A stretch of 64,000 nt of DNA, taken from contig MNCI01002384.1 of NCBI GenBank assembly GCA_015680685.1, forward strand, positions 612,493-676,492, read 5' to 3'. Shown here one piece after another: positions 63,716 through 64,000 of this stretch; within the stretch, counting starts at the first letter, position 1, and each line of letters opens with the position of its first letter. The notes under the pieces were generated by a model. It had not been told where the DNA came from and searched no databases. It saw only the letters and a list, made by a program, of their open reading frames with translations. Origin of the DNA: Gnetum montanum. Taxonomy: Eukaryota > Plantae > Gnetophyta. Both the position numbers and the translations under genes were made by a program.

Positions 63716-64000
63716 CTAAATTGTGAGGGTTAGTCTAGTAGGACTCCTCATCTCTCTAACTATCTCATAGGCAATTTCTGACGTGATAAAGGTTGTTCTA
63801 TTGTTTTCTAGCTTGGTGGAGCTTTCAACTTGCTCTTCTTGAGCTTTTTCTTCAACAATCTTCTCATCTTCTTTTTTTGATGAATCCTTCTGTTCTTCCC
63901 AATTGGGTCCTTCATCTTCCTCTTGGGACACAAAGGCTTCTTCCCATGGCTCTTCGTTAGTTGGTTGCTCTTCTCCCCTCTCCTCTTCTTTGGTGCAATC
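63716..64000 (-). CDS. 3' end of an acidic (Glu-rich) ORF in the internal domain of the cargo-LTR element
   Basis: Open from the window edge: EEERGEEQPTNEEPWEEAFVSQEEDEGPNWEEQ...; ends about 200 bp before the PPT. Confidence 0.5.
   Translation of the reverse strand, partial: DCTKEEERGEEQPTNEEPWEEAFVSQEEDEGPNWEEQKDSSKKEDEKIVEEKAQEEQVESSTKLENNRTTFITSEIAYEIVREMRSPTRLTLTI

Overview
This is a plant nuclear, gene-free block of nested LTR retrotransposons; I found no intact host gene. It holds four Ty3/gypsy Tat-type elements: A (5781-30383, +), B (42529-57166, +), C (gag, -) and D (5' LTR plus gag start, -). A and B show the RT-RH-aRH-INT order, and A and D have a tRNA-Asn PBS. There is also an Athila-like element with a related solo LTR, and decayed AT-rich LTR remnants at 30.4-39.5 kb. 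Three things stand out. (1) Three copies of one ~3.4-3.9 kb LTR family (<1-2564, 23768-27628, 60140-63499) share their termini and their TATA/R/U5 half. Each carries a completely different ~2 kb U3 mosaic of host-gene fragments: aminoacylase-1, DNA polymerase alpha, an RH9/RH53-type DEAD-box helicase, and unidentified pieces. (2) Tat elements A and B both carry an antisense multi-exon gene between protease and RT. Intron positions and phases are conserved between the two copies. The gene fuses an FCP1/NIF (HAD) phosphatase-like domain to a plant-transposon accessory domain and a coiled coil. (3) Arrays of small covarying H-type pseudoknot motifs follow the gag-pro and pol stop codons, and family-specific ACGCT-core motifs are shared between LTRs and the antisense gene's 5' region. 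Protein identities come from motif recognition by eye, not from database searches.
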